Assembly (NCBI GenBank): GCA_963741955.1
Contig: CAVUKB010000005.1
Coordinates: 1,056,001-1,120,000, forward strand
Reading direction: 5' to 3'
DNA from: an uncultured Acidobacteriota bacterium
Lineage (GTDB): Bacteria > Acidobacteriota > Thermoanaerobaculia > Gp7-AA8
DNA length: 64,000 nucleotides
Notes under the pieces: generated by a model
Seen by the model: the letters and a program-made list of their open reading frames with translations, nothing else
What the model was told of the DNA's origin: nothing
Databases searched by the model: none
Made by a program: the position numbers and the translations under genes
In this document: in pieces, positions 52,487 through 62,517 of the stretch
Layout: each line of letters starts with the position of its first letter
Numbering within the stretch: the stretch's first letter is position 1

Positions 52487-54010
52487 CTAGCTCGTTACGG
52501 GGCGAAAAAGACCCAATCCGAACGTGCTCGAGTGGCCCAGGCGGATCGGTCCGATTACCTGAGAGGGGAATATCAGCCGAACGAACTGCCCACGCCGGTC
52601 ACCGATGAACCCCTTCCTTCCTCCTTCCCGACGGGGAACGTGAACCGCTACCCACAGAGGATCGTCAACCCTCTCGACCACCACGTCGTCCGCGGCTGCG
52701 ACACCGCGCAGGCGCAGCTCGCGTCGAACTTGAGCCGCGATCGACTCGCTCTCGCGCTCTTTACCGCCGCGAAGATGGTGGCGGGGTGGGACATAGGGAG
52801 TGACGGACTCCCAGATCCGAGAGCCGATGCCATCGAACCCTGGCGGCGGCGGGACGGCGCGATCGAGGGGAATCAGCCTGACCTTCCACGCATCATTATC
52901 CGGGCCTGCGACGGCCCAGGAGAGATCGCGTGCCGCTGCGCAAAGCATCGCTTCTTGCTCCGGTTCATCGAATGCCCGGCGATCACGCCACGCGAGCAAC
53001 CGCGTCGGCTGCCCGTCCTCCAACCATACGAAATACTCGACATGGCGGTGCCCCTCGAGCGGGGCGCCGTCGGCGTCCTTGCCAGTCATCTCCGCGATAC
53101 CTTCTCGGATGCTGCGATCGGCACGACTCCAGGCCGGGTTCGGGACTCCGGTCTTCAGCCTGAGAAGCTCTCGAACCACAGCGCCTCGGAACCGCGAGGT
53201 GAGCCGCACGATCGCGCGCGGATCCGGCGCGACGTTCCACCCAATTGCGAACTGGATCAGGTGACAATCGGGCCGATGCACTGGTACGCGTCTGCGTTCG
53301 TGCGAGGCAGAGCGCGGTGGTCGAACCGCGTAGAGCCATTGCGCGCCGGGAGGGACGGCTCGCTTCACGGCTTCAGGATTGTCGGTCGTCCGCTCGATGT
53401 CGTCGCGCGTGGCTTCCTCGAGCGGCGACAGCACGGGGACGGCACCTGCCGTGCGCTTGTCGACTAGCGTGCAGTTAGGTGTTGGGGTGTCGTCTGGCGA
53501 ACCGACGACGCAAATGCGCGTGAGTGTCTCGGCGCGCCCGAACCAGGTCATGCGCTCGAGGCACTGTGCGAGCAGTGCGCGGAGCTCCTCGGTCCAGTCA
53601 TCACCTTCGAGGAACCACCACACGGGCGACTCGGGAGGGACGCACCAGTAGTTGTCCTGCACGAGGCTCGTGCCGTAGGTGCGCGCTCCCGCCTTCTTCT
53701 TCTCCGCCGGTCGCCAACCGAACTCGGTCGGATGGTACTGCCTCAGCGGGCTTCCCTTGCGCGCATCCGGTGGGAGATGGAACGCATACGTGCTCCTGCA
53801 CAGCGCGGCCTGCAGTTGTTCGAGGTTCGCGAGGTCCGGCTGTTCCTCCATCTCACGCGCCCACTGGTACCAGCGCGCGGTGACTGCGCGAACCAGGCGC
53901 CATGGGCTCGGCGGCCACTCGCCGTGCGGGTCATCAAACGGATTCACGCGCCACGGCGTGGCGTGGTAACGCCCCAGCGGGAACTCTTGTCGGAGGACGA
54001 TTTGCATCAC
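52487..54010 (-). CDS. csb2: Type I-G Csb2 (Cas5/Cas6 fusion)
   Basis: GRYHATPW, EWPPSPWRLVRA, WFGRAE, WESVTPY, GHSSTFGLGLF G-loop. Confidence 0.92.
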   Translation of the reverse strand: MMQIVLRQEFPLGRYHATPWRVNPFDDPHGEWPPSPWRLVRAVTARWYQWAREMEEQPDLANLEQLQAALCRSTYAFHLPPDARKGSPLRQYHPTEFGWRPAEKKKAGARTYGTSLVQDNYWCVPPESPVWWFLEGDDWTEELRALLAQCLERMTWFGRAETLTRICVVGSPDDTPTPNCTLVDKRTAGAVPVLSPLEEATRDDIERTTDNPEAVKRAVPPGAQWLYAVRPPRSASHERRRVPVHRPDCHLIQFAIGWNVAPDPRAIVRLTSRFRGAVVRELLRLKTGVPNPAWSRADRSIREGIAEMTGKDADGAPLEGHRHVEYFVWLEDGQPTRLLAWRDRRAFDEPEQEAMLCAAARDLSWAVAGPDNDAWKVRLIPLDRAVPPPPGFDGIGSRIWESVTPYVPPRHHLRGGKERESESIAAQVRRELRLRGVAAADDVVVERVDDPLWVAVHVPRREGGRKGFIGDRRGQFVRLIFPSQVIGPIRLGHSSTFGLGLFRPVTS

Positions 54011-55110
54011 GCGCTCTCTTCCGGGCCCTCGTCATCTTCAGGGCTGCTGGTGCTGTCGGCCTGACCTTCACGATACAGCTCTTCACGCGGCCAGAACACG
54101 TCGGTAATGGACTCCTTGCTGAAGCCGGCGTTGGCGATTGCTGTCCGGATGTCGACTTCGATCCCGACTTCCTTGCCACCGCTCTGAATCGTCGTGCAGA
54201 GGAGGTAGCAGCCGGACCTGTAGCGGAACGGCGACTCGAGGAGCCTTCGGATCTTCCACAGCGCGATAGCGACGAGCAACTCCTGTTGCTTGTCCGAGAG
54301 ACCCAACGTGGAGCCGCCCGTCTTTCGCCCAAAGGACCGGATCAGACTGACGTCCAGGACGAAAGTGGCCCGAATCGATTCAGCGGTGGCGTCATCGACC
54401 GCGAAGATCGGCTGGCCGGATGTCGTCTTTCCGAGCCGGTCGAACTTCACGCCGGAGCGATCGACGCGCCCCGCGCCGAACGCCTCGAGGTGCGCCGTCA
54501 GCGCGCGCGGGATCTTGATCTGCCACTGTGGGAACAACACCCCATGAACGAGCGAGTTAGGGTCGGCTTCAAAGATCGTCTTGAAAACATCCCACCACTT
54601 TGCAGGCGGCGGATGGGCCTTCGAGCTTCCGGGCAGGACGATGCCGAACCTGGTGACGAGGTCGTCCTCGAACGTGTCGTCACCCTTCGCTCCGCCGTTC
54701 CTCAAAGGCACGCCGTCGAGGAAGTACGAGGACGCGATGCGGTGGCCTTCGGTGAGGCTCGTAACGACGACCTCGCGCTCGTTCGTGGGTTCCTTACCTT
54801 CCGTCGTGTTCGTGACGCACCGGAGGTACGGCAGACCATCGAGATCCTCGACGAGGTCGAGGTCGTGCGCGCTACGCTGGCAGACCGACTCGAGATGGTT
54901 CGCCATGCTCGCGGCGCTGTCGACGATGCAGACGTTCTCGGTGCCGCCGTCCTTGCGCGGAGCCTTGTAAATCACATGACCGATCTCCGGGAACCCCGCA
55001 GGCTGGAATCGGTCACCAACGATCGGCTCGAGCGTCGCCGTCAGGACGAGCGGCGACGCCCCCTTCAATACCTCGGCCGGGGTAAGTTTCTTCTTCTCTG
55101 CTTCAGACAT
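54007..55110 (-). CDS. csb1: Type I-G Cas7 (Csb1)
   Basis: DRFQPAGFP, VDSAASMANHLE, EGHRIAS, DPNSLVHGV, RSGVKFD, RSGC. Confidence 0.9.
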   Translation of the reverse strand: MSEAEKKKLTPAEVLKGASPLVLTATLEPIVGDRFQPAGFPEIGHVIYKAPRKDGGTENVCIVDSAASMANHLESVCQRSAHDLDLVEDLDGLPYLRCVTNTTEGKEPTNEREVVVTSLTEGHRIASSYFLDGVPLRNGGAKGDDTFEDDLVTRFGIVLPGSSKAHPPPAKWWDVFKTIFEADPNSLVHGVLFPQWQIKIPRALTAHLEAFGAGRVDRSGVKFDRLGKTTSGQPIFAVDDATAESIRATFVLDVSLIRSFGRKTGGSTLGLSDKQQELLVAIALWKIRRLLESPFRYRSGCYLLCTTIQSGGKEVGIEVDIRTAIANAGFSKESITDVFWPREELYREGQADSTSSPEDDEGPEESA

Positions 55111-57340
55111 TTGCTTCGCCTCCTTGTCGCCGGCGTCGAGGACGAAGCCAGCGCTCGAACAGGACCGTCCGATCGCGGTCCGGAATGCTGAACAACAGGG
55201 CCGCGGCGAGGCGGTCCGGATCATGTGCGTTCCAGGGGACATCGAATGACGCGACGCGCGCGCCGGCCATCGCGTAGCGGCTGCTCGCGAGCCGTGTCGC
55301 CGCGTCGAGGTTGCCGGATCGGATCAGCGTGACGAGCGAGCGCGCCGCTTCCGTGGTGCGTGCGCCGGTCGCCTCCGTAAGAAGATCGCTCGGCGAGAGG
55401 TCGCGGACGACCAGGGGACGCTGGTCGACGAGGGGCTGCATCAGCCCGAGGAGGACCAGTTCACCTTCCGCTCGCGGAGCCTGGACCTTCCCATGGATTA
55501 AACCGCGGGCCTCCTGCGGGATCCTTCTCCAGTCGAAGAGCGCGAGCCGCGAGAGCCATGCTGAAAACAGCGACTCGTCGACGTCGGCGGCGAGCCACTG
55601 ATGCACGTGCGCCGTCGTAGCGGGTAGAGGTGAGCGGCCGGAAGGGAGTTTCGTTTGCGTGGCGTCCAGCCTGGCTTCTTCGAGAAGTCTTCGCGAGAGC
55701 ACTGAACCCATGACACGAGCAAGCTTACCCGGCCCCCATACCCATCGCGCCGGAGCGATCTTCGCGTGTTCGAACCATCCTGGCTTGGTGGTCCAGTCGT
55801 ACTCGTACTTCCCGTTCCTCTCCCTGGCCCACTCCACACCAAAGCGAAACGCCGCAAATGGAAGCGCAGCAGGAAAGGCCGACACGAGTGACAACGCGAG
55901 CCGCGCCTCGGCTCCGGCTTGCTCGTCCGCAAACAGCGATGGCAGCCATTCGAGTGGCAGCGGCTCCCATCGAACCTTGCCCTCGCGGAAGCTGCGATTG
56001 CGGTCGATGCGATTCAGTGCAGCGGTGATCGCGTCGAGCATCTCGATGGCCGCCTCGGAGCGGCCGGGATCTGCCGCGACGTCGAGGAGGGCCGCTTCGA
56101 TGGGACCACGGAGTCCCACGAAGCGCTTGCCATCGCGGGGAAAGCCGCGCTGTTCGATTAGTGCGGTGACGCGTTCGAGCGTGAGAGAGGTGGAGACACT
56201 ACTCCCACCGGCACCAGCATCGAGAGCGAAGCGAGCTTCCAGGCGCGGTTCGAACGTGTTGACGCTGGTAGTCCTGCCGAGCGTGAAGCGGCGAAACTCG
56301 CTGACGCCCGCATCTACGCCACGCTTTCGAATCGCCGTCGCGAATTCGGCGGGCGTGAGTGATCCACGTCCATGCAGTTCGGCTCGGCCGCGCAAAAACA
56401 GCGCGCTCGCTTCAGCGAGCGTCATCGGTCGGGACCACAACGGGGTCCAGATCTCGCCACGGAGACGATCGGCCTCCTTTTCAGCGCTCGCAGCGATGGG
56501 CTGGGTCACGAAGGGGAACGCACCGACGGCACGCGTGCGAGCACCGAGGCGTCGCGATGCACCGCCTGCGAGAAACGCCAATCCCTCGCAGGCGAGCACC
56601 ATCGCCCAGGGAGAGATCAGCCCCTCGCGCGCAGGGGACTGGCCGCTGTTGTAGAGCTTCGTCGCTTCGCTGAACCAGGAACCGGCGACGAGCCCGTCGA
56701 CGAGCCAAGAGACCGTACGGCTTACGAGCAGAGCCTCGAGCTCACTACGATTTCTCTGCAATCTGGCTGGGGCTTCCCGTTCGTACGTGCCGAGGGCTTT
56801 CTTCTCACGTTTCTCGCGTGCGGCTTTCTGCTTGTCGGTTTCGTCCTTCTTTGGCTCCCTGGCCCCGGGAGCCGCTGGAGAGAGCGCTTCGATCGCCTTT
56901 GCCCACCCATTCGAGAATGCGCGCTTCCCCGCGTTTCCTCCGCTGCCGAAAAGGGGATTGAAGCTCACGCGCGCATGTGGCACCGCGTGCGCGGCGAAAA
57001 CCTCGAGTTCCCGCTCCTCAGCAGAGGCTTGCCAGAGAGCGAGCGGCAGTCCTGACTTCGCCTTCGTTCCCCGCTTCTGCTTCTCATTCCAGCGTCGATC
57101 GTACGTGGTCCATGCGCGTTCGCTGGCAACACGCACGAGCTCGTCGAGCAGTGCATCCAGCGTCGGCGGCCCACCGACTACGTGCAGCACGTCGTCGCGC
57201 CACGCAATGCGCGTGCTCGGCCACTTCCGGCTGAGCACACGAAGGAGGCCGAGGGACGCGAGGTAGTTGCCGAGGCTGTCGGGCGAGAGGCCGGGCAGCG
57301 GGAGAGCTGTAAGGCGAGGTTCTCGTCGGAGCGCGGTCAT
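55103..57340 (-). CDS. csx17: Type I-G large subunit Csx17 (Cas8g)
   Basis: LGNYLASLGLLR, LFGSGGNAG, SPWAMVLACEG, FPF, EIWTPLW, RGVDAGVSEFRRF. Confidence 0.88.
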   Translation of the reverse strand: MTALRREPRLTALPLPGLSPDSLGNYLASLGLLRVLSRKWPSTRIAWRDDVLHVVGGPPTLDALLDELVRVASERAWTTYDRRWNEKQKRGTKAKSGLPLALWQASAEERELEVFAAHAVPHARVSFNPLFGSGGNAGKRAFSNGWAKAIEALSPAAPGAREPKKDETDKQKAAREKREKKALGTYEREAPARLQRNRSELEALLVSRTVSWLVDGLVAGSWFSEATKLYNSGQSPAREGLISPWAMVLACEGLAFLAGGASRRLGARTRAVGAFPFVTQPIAASAEKEADRLRGEIWTPLWSRPMTLAEASALFLRGRAELHGRGSLTPAEFATAIRKRGVDAGVSEFRRFTLGRTTSVNTFEPRLEARFALDAGAGGSSVSTSLTLERVTALIEQRGFPRDGKRFVGLRGPIEAALLDVAADPGRSEAAIEMLDAITAALNRIDRNRSFREGKVRWEPLPLEWLPSLFADEQAGAEARLALSLVSAFPAALPFAAFRFGVEWARERNGKYEYDWTTKPGWFEHAKIAPARWVWGPGKLARVMGSVLSRRLLEEARLDATQTKLPSGRSPLPATTAHVHQWLAADVDESLFSAWLSRLALFDWRRIPQEARGLIHGKVQAPRAEGELVLLGLMQPLVDQRPLVVRDLSPSDLLTEATGARTTEAARSLVTLIRSGNLDAATRLASSRYAMAGARVASFDVPWNAHDPDRLAAALLFSIPDRDRTVLFERWLRPRRRRQGGEANV

Positions 57341-58224
57341 GGCGCGAGCCTCCAGAAGCCGTCAGGCTCAATCGACCACCGGAGCGGGCTGTTCGAGGAC
57401 GAGCCGGGCTGCCAGAAGCACGAGGCTTGGTCAAGTCTGCGAATCGAGCCCCGATCCCAGCCAGCGAGTAACTCCAAGGCACCGCTCAGCGACGCTCCAG
57501 GATAGGCGTGGGCCCACGCCGTGGACGCTTCCAGTTGAGGCAGATCGGCATCGAGCGTTACCGCCCCACCGAACGCTCCCCCTTCCTTCACGAGGTCGAA
57601 TGCGATGCGGCGTAGACGGCCCAAGCCATAGCGGGTGTCACCGCCAACGAACAGTGTGTCGCTCCCGTCGAAGCGACGCCGGTCCGCCGGGTACCTATCC
57701 TCGGCGTTCACCCTCCGCATGAACACGTAGCCGAGCATCGCTACGGGCCCCGCGTCACGGCCTCGCACGTCTCGCCACCGCGCTTCGATGCACTCGGTCT
57801 CTCGGAGCGAGCCATCGTCAGCTGCGTCGGTGCTTGCGTCAATTGACGTACCTGCTCTGGTCGAGAGGAGGCGGCGACGGAAGTTTCGATCGCCCACTGG
57901 CTGCCGGGCCTGATCCTCGCGTGCCCACGCGAGCCCCTCCCCGGTGAGGAACATCGGCAGCCACACTTGCCAGCCCGCTTGCAGCTTCTCCGCCGGGAAC
58001 AAGTAGGTGAAGCGATAGTCCGTCTGCAAGTTCTCGCCGACGGTCTGGTACTGCGGCTCCTTCCCGTTCCGTGCTTCCCGTCGCGACAGCTCGGCCGTCA
58101 ACGCGCCCCACAGCGCGCGGGCGGGCACGTAGAGCCGCGTGCGATTGAGCGAGCCCGCAGGCGGCATACCGACATGCAAGGGGCCGTCGAGCTGCCAGAT
58201 CCAGCGAAAGAGTGACCAGCTCAC
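57337..58224 (-). CDS. Type III RAMP protein (Cas5-group / Cmr3-like position)
   Basis: PLHVG, TRLYVPARALWGALT, GSLRETE, VGGDTRYGLG G-loop. Confidence 0.75.
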   Translation of the reverse strand: MSWSLFRWIWQLDGPLHVGMPPAGSLNRTRLYVPARALWGALTAELSRREARNGKEPQYQTVGENLQTDYRFTYLFPAEKLQAGWQVWLPMFLTGEGLAWAREDQARQPVGDRNFRRRLLSTRAGTSIDASTDAADDGSLRETECIEARWRDVRGRDAGPVAMLGYVFMRRVNAEDRYPADRRRFDGSDTLFVGGDTRYGLGRLRRIAFDLVKEGGAFGGAVTLDADLPQLEASTAWAHAYPGASLSGALELLAGWDRGSIRRLDQASCFWQPGSSSNSPLRWSIEPDGFWRLAP

Positions 58225-58610
58225 GTCGTCCTCGCTCCACCACCCTGCGCAGCCTTGGCGTGATAGCGAGCGTAGACCAGCGCGCGGTGCAGGAGGTCCC
58301 GCGCGAAGAGCAGCTTGTCGAGGTCACCTGCGAGCTGCTGGAGCGCCGCGAACAGGTCGTTGTTCGTGGTCGCACCGAGCAGTGCGTTCCGCTGGTTCGG
58401 CTGCTGGCGAAGGAAAGTCGCGAGCTCTTTGCTCGTCGTTTGGCCCCACTGCTTCTCACGCGCATGGAGGTAAAGGAACAGCGCGTAGACGCCCTGCTCT
58501 TCGAGTACGCCGAGGGACTTGGTGATGCTGTTCTCGGTGTCCTTGTTGCCCGACGATGCTAGGTTGGCACCAAGCTTCGCGCAAGCGGCGTCGAGGTTCT
58601 GCACGGTCAC
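58221..58610 (-). CDS. cmr5: Type III small subunit (Cmr5/Cas11-like)
   Basis: 129-aa helical protein; LGVLEEQGVYALFLYL, LVYARYHAKA; follows cmr4. Confidence 0.75.
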   Translation of the reverse strand: MTVQNLDAACAKLGANLASSGNKDTENSITKSLGVLEEQGVYALFLYLHAREKQWGQTTSKELATFLRQQPNQRNALLGATTNNDLFAALQQLAGDLDKLLFARDLLHRALVYARYHAKAAQGGGARTT

Positions 58611-59563
58611 TGCGCACCTCCAACCGCGAGGACTTCGAGGCGGCCCATGCCGCGCGTGCCCATGCCGCCGATGCCAAGCGCTGCGAGCAGCGGGTACGCC
58701 TTGGCGACGACATCATGGACCTGCTGCGCGTTCGTCACCGTCGGTGCGTTGCGGCCCTCCTTGAAGTGGCGTGGATCGCGGCAGGTTACGTCCCACGTGA
58801 GTACCGCCCCGCGCGGAATCGCCTCGTACGTGAAGAGAGCGCGGTCCTCCGCAGCGCCCGTCGCCGGGTTGATGGCCACCGAGGTGCGTACCTCAAGGTT
58901 GCTGTTGACGACGTGGCCAAAGAGCTTGTCGGAGACGAGCACGAGCCGCTCGACGACACGCAGGTCCTTGTACAGGTCCTCGCGCACGCCGAAGGCCTTG
59001 ACCGCGTCCTTCACGGCTTGCAGCCCCGACCACGACTCCGCTTCGAGCTGCAGCCACCCGAGGTTGATGGGCCCCTTCTTGCCGCCACGCTGGGCCTTGT
59101 TCTGGCTCACGTCGTCGACGGTCGCGCTCGCACCCACGAAGCGCAGCGCGCTCGGCGAGGTCACCCACAGCGGGCCCTCGCGCGACGCGACTGGAAAGAG
59201 CACCACCTGCGCATCGCTGAACGCGGCGAGACCCGCGAACTTCTTGTGGCCGAAGACAGCGTTGATCGGCCCCGCACCGTCGTTGTTCGCCGAGCCCTGG
59301 CCCGCGTCGTCGGGGTAGTACTGTCGCGTATCGTTCGGCGTACGAGCGTCCTCGAGCGCCATCGCCACGTAAGCGCGGTGGACACCCGCGAGGCTCGAAC
59401 CAGGAATCTTCGGGATGCGCGTGACGGGATCGCGCACGATGGTGTTGTCGACGCGCCCGAGCCGCGCGCCTCCCGTCCCGATGTGAATCGGGTCGATCGC
59501 GATCCCAACGGTGCGAAATACTTGAAAACTGCACTGCTTCGTCTGCTGTTGGCTATTGCTCAT
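58607..59563 (-). CDS. cmr4: Cmr4 (Cas7 RAMP)
   Basis: PIHIGTG...VDNTIVRD, PKIPGSSLAG, FSDAQVVLFPVAS, ALFTYEAIP, GGMGTRGMG. Confidence 0.9.
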   Translation of the reverse strand: MSNSQQQTKQCSFQVFRTVGIAIDPIHIGTGGARLGRVDNTIVRDPVTRIPKIPGSSLAGVHRAYVAMALEDARTPNDTRQYYPDDAGQGSANNDGAGPINAVFGHKKFAGLAAFSDAQVVLFPVASREGPLWVTSPSALRFVGASATVDDVSQNKAQRGGKKGPINLGWLQLEAESWSGLQAVKDAVKAFGVREDLYKDLRVVERLVLVSDKLFGHVVNSNLEVRTSVAINPATGAAEDRALFTYEAIPRGAVLTWDVTCRDPRHFKEGRNAPTVTNAQQVHDVVAKAYPLLAALGIGGMGTRGMGRLEVLAVGGAQ

Positions 59564-62517
59564 GGGGTCACTCCGATCGTCTGCTTGAGTACGTGCAGGT
59601 GCCAGCTCAAGACACGCTCGAGCAGGCCATCACGGGCTGCTTGTTCAAGGTCCTGTAGCTCCCGACCTCTGGCGTTCCACTCGTTGGCGAGCACTGCGTG
59701 CACCCAGTCGTTCCACGCTGCCTCGTCCAACGCGCCGTCGGAATCGGTCCAGCGCTCGCGCGCTTCGCGCAGTGACTGCTCGACCGCGCGGGCTGCCGTG
59801 GGGCTCGGCACGATCCTGCGAACCTGCTCCCAGATCGTACGGCGTCGGTCCCATTCGGACAGCGGATGCACCTGCACCGGCTCGAAGCGGCGAGCGGTCG
59901 AGTCGAGGAACAGCGACGCGAAGCGCGAAGGCTCGACGCAGACCTCGTCACCGAGCTTGAGGTCCGCGGCACGTCGATACACGACGGTAGTGCCATCGGG
60001 CCGAGGCGCGGTGAAGTCGCGTGGCTCGCGCTCCGCGCCGCCGACGGCGAGGTTCGGGTAGTAGACATCGTCCCGACCGTCCGCGAGTTGCGCAGGCACT
60101 TCAACGTCTTCGTGTCTCTGGCCGGGGCGTTCGAACGATAGCGTGGTGGTTCCTGATTGCGTCACGGCGTGCGCGACGCGCCATTGCTCGACACCGCGTG
60201 CTCCCATGTCGTCCTCCACGTTGCGCGTGGCCTCGATGACCGCCTGAAACGGCGTCTTGCGTGGGAAGCCGACCACGCCGATGCTCAGCGGAAGGCGGTC
60301 CCACACGCGCGCCATCTCCTTGCGCCACTTCGTGATGACGTGCCCCACGCACACCGCCTCGGCTCCGAGAGGAACGAGCACCCGGAAGCGCTCGGGGTTC
60401 TCTTCGAGCACGATGAGCGGACGATACGAGGCCAACACGCGCTCAGCGGTGGTGACACTCTCGATGGCGAAGCGCCGCCGCTGCCCATCGTCGCCTCGCG
60501 CCTCGAACTGCATCCCCGTAAGAATCGTCGCGTCTCCGTCCGGACCAAGCACGCGCGCGAGGTTGCAAACCGTCACGAAGTCGCTCGAGCGGCGCAGGAT
60601 CTCGAACGGCGCGTTCGGGGCAGTCGGCAAGGGTCCGGCGTAGACCTCGCCGACCCGCAGACCATTCGTGTCGCCCGAGAGCGTAAGGCTCAGCCGCTGG
60701 GTGCGAGTGCCGCCGTCGCCCGAGACGAGCTGGCGGAACTCATCGAGCGCTTCGGCAAAGAACGCACGCGTCGTGCGCCAGAAGCGATGCACGCGCCCCG
60801 GCGAGGCGTTCTTGCGAAAAAGCTGGTGCGTCAGCCAGGCGGCACGGGTCGTGTCGTCGAGCGAGGACCACGCGGGAGCGCCTGCGCGATCTTCGACGAC
60901 CTTCTGAAAGAAGTCCTCCAGCGCGGTCTCGTGGGCGAAGCCGTCGTTCAGAGTCTCCAGGACTGCATCCGACAGCCTGCCTTTATTCAACATCGGCGAT
61001 TTGACGAAGCCTTCGACGTGGGTGCGGAGCGAGTCGCGCGGCGCGTTCGCGTCGATGGCCGTAAGCGAAGTGTTGTTCGCCCGCCACTCGACCACGCTCT
61101 GCGCCCGCAGCGAGTCGACGTGCGTGCCATCGAGCCAGCCTTCAAGGCCTAAGCTAAACGTCAGCAGGGCGACGCGGTCGTTCGCGTCGGCGACCTCGCT
61201 GATCCAGATGGTGTCGCCGCCGTTCTTCTCCCACGCCGCGCGCCGTCCCGTGCGCCGCTCATAGCAGCTCTTCGAGACGTCCTGCTTCCGGTCGCTCTCG
61301 TTGTTCGACTGCGCGCCCGCGCGAACCAAGGACACCGGGCAGACGTGCTTGCCCGTACCGCCGTCGCTCGCGATCGACCACGCCCGGTGAACCGGTACTT
61401 CGAGCACGCGGCGCGCCTCGGCCAGCTCGCGCGACATCGCGACAAAAGAGCGCGTCGATGACGAGAGCCGTACCAGCGGCGGCGTCTCGAAGGCGTGCGA
61501 TCGCGCGAGTTCGTCGACGCGCATCTCGATGCCGGTGCGCAACGTCTCGGCCAGCGTGTCGTCCACACTGTGTTTGCCATCGAGGCGATGACCGGGAAAC
61601 GTAAACGAGATCGCACGCTCGTCGCGATAGACGCAGGCACCGAGGGCGAGGTCGACCTCGATGAACGCGCAGACCTCATGGAAGAACGCAGCGATCGCGT
61701 CGCGCGTGCCTGTCCAGTCTCCGATGCGCACGGCGCGGGACTCGTAGTGCTCCGCGCCGAGGCCCACCGTGAGCACGCGCCAGCGCGTGTTGGCCTTGCT
61801 ACCGTTGCCCGTTTCAAACGAGGTGCCCAAGAGCACAGCGCCCGCCGCTGCAGCCTTGAATAGGGCGGATGCAATGAAGGACTGGTCCCACAGCGTGACG
61901 TCGTTATTGGGGACGCGCGTCTCGGCGAGCGTGCTCGCAAACGCCTCGCGCAGCCAGCCCGACGGGCCGATTGCAGCGTCACGCCACGTGCACCATTCGG
62001 CGAGGTGCGTCGGGTCCTTCACCCGCGCAGCGAGACCGTCGATGAGCGCACCGATCTGCGTCTCCGTGTTCGACCAAGCATTCTTGGCAAGGATCGCAGG
62101 CGGGGTGGAGCCCAGAAGGTTCCGGACCGGGCGACCGAACGCGGTCGCGAGCCACGTCTGCCCCGTCGGCTGCTTCTGGTAGTCGGCGGGCGTGTTCTTC
62201 TCGATGCCCGAGGCCATCGTATGCGCAGCCTGCAGGAGGCCGAGCACGCCATCACTACGCTGTCGGTGCTTTTCGAAGAGGTCGTTGGGCGAGATGGTCT
62301 GCGTTCCGAACGACGGCAGCGTCCCGAACTTGCTGTACAGGTTCGACGCCCACGTCAGCTCGTTCCACGTCGTGCCACCCGAGGTCGCGTTGGACGCCTG
62401 CTGCCGAACGAAGTCGGGGTGCGCCTTGCCCGCCATGTGCAGCCAGCCGATGGCCTCGCACGCGAGGAGCGCAGCGCGCTGGTCACGCAGGGGCTGGAGC
62501 GGATCGTTCGCGCTCAT
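59560..62517 (-). CDS. cas10: Cas10 of Csx11 / type III-C type, catalytic motifs degenerate
   Basis: ETRVPNNDVTLWDQ, VYRDE, TIWISEVADANDR, KNASPGRVHRFW; position between cmr6 and cmr4. Confidence 0.82.
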   Translation of the reverse strand: MSANDPLQPLRDQRAALLACEAIGWLHMAGKAHPDFVRQQASNATSGGTTWNELTWASNLYSKFGTLPSFGTQTISPNDLFEKHRQRSDGVLGLLQAAHTMASGIEKNTPADYQKQPTGQTWLATAFGRPVRNLLGSTPPAILAKNAWSNTETQIGALIDGLAARVKDPTHLAEWCTWRDAAIGPSGWLREAFASTLAETRVPNNDVTLWDQSFIASALFKAAAAGAVLLGTSFETGNGSKANTRWRVLTVGLGAEHYESRAVRIGDWTGTRDAIAAFFHEVCAFIEVDLALGACVYRDERAISFTFPGHRLDGKHSVDDTLAETLRTGIEMRVDELARSHAFETPPLVRLSSSTRSFVAMSRELAEARRVLEVPVHRAWSIASDGGTGKHVCPVSLVRAGAQSNNESDRKQDVSKSCYERRTGRRAAWEKNGGDTIWISEVADANDRVALLTFSLGLEGWLDGTHVDSLRAQSVVEWRANNTSLTAIDANAPRDSLRTHVEGFVKSPMLNKGRLSDAVLETLNDGFAHETALEDFFQKVVEDRAGAPAWSSLDDTTRAAWLTHQLFRKNASPGRVHRFWRTTRAFFAEALDEFRQLVSGDGGTRTQRLSLTLSGDTNGLRVGEVYAGPLPTAPNAPFEILRRSSDFVTVCNLARVLGPDGDATILTGMQFEARGDDGQRRRFAIESVTTAERVLASYRPLIVLEENPERFRVLVPLGAEAVCVGHVITKWRKEMARVWDRLPLSIGVVGFPRKTPFQAVIEATRNVEDDMGARGVEQWRVAHAVTQSGTTTLSFERPGQRHEDVEVPAQLADGRDDVYYPNLAVGGAEREPRDFTAPRPDGTTVVYRRAADLKLGDEVCVEPSRFASLFLDSTARRFEPVQVHPLSEWDRRRTIWEQVRRIVPSPTAARAVEQSLREARERWTDSDGALDEAAWNDWVHAVLANEWNARGRELQDLEQAARDGLLERVLSWHLHVLKQTIGVTP

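Noticed and set aside
55103-62517. Cas3 fused to or hidden in Csx17 or Cas10
   Set aside because: No Walker A or DExH helicase motifs and no intact HD motif were found in these ORFs.
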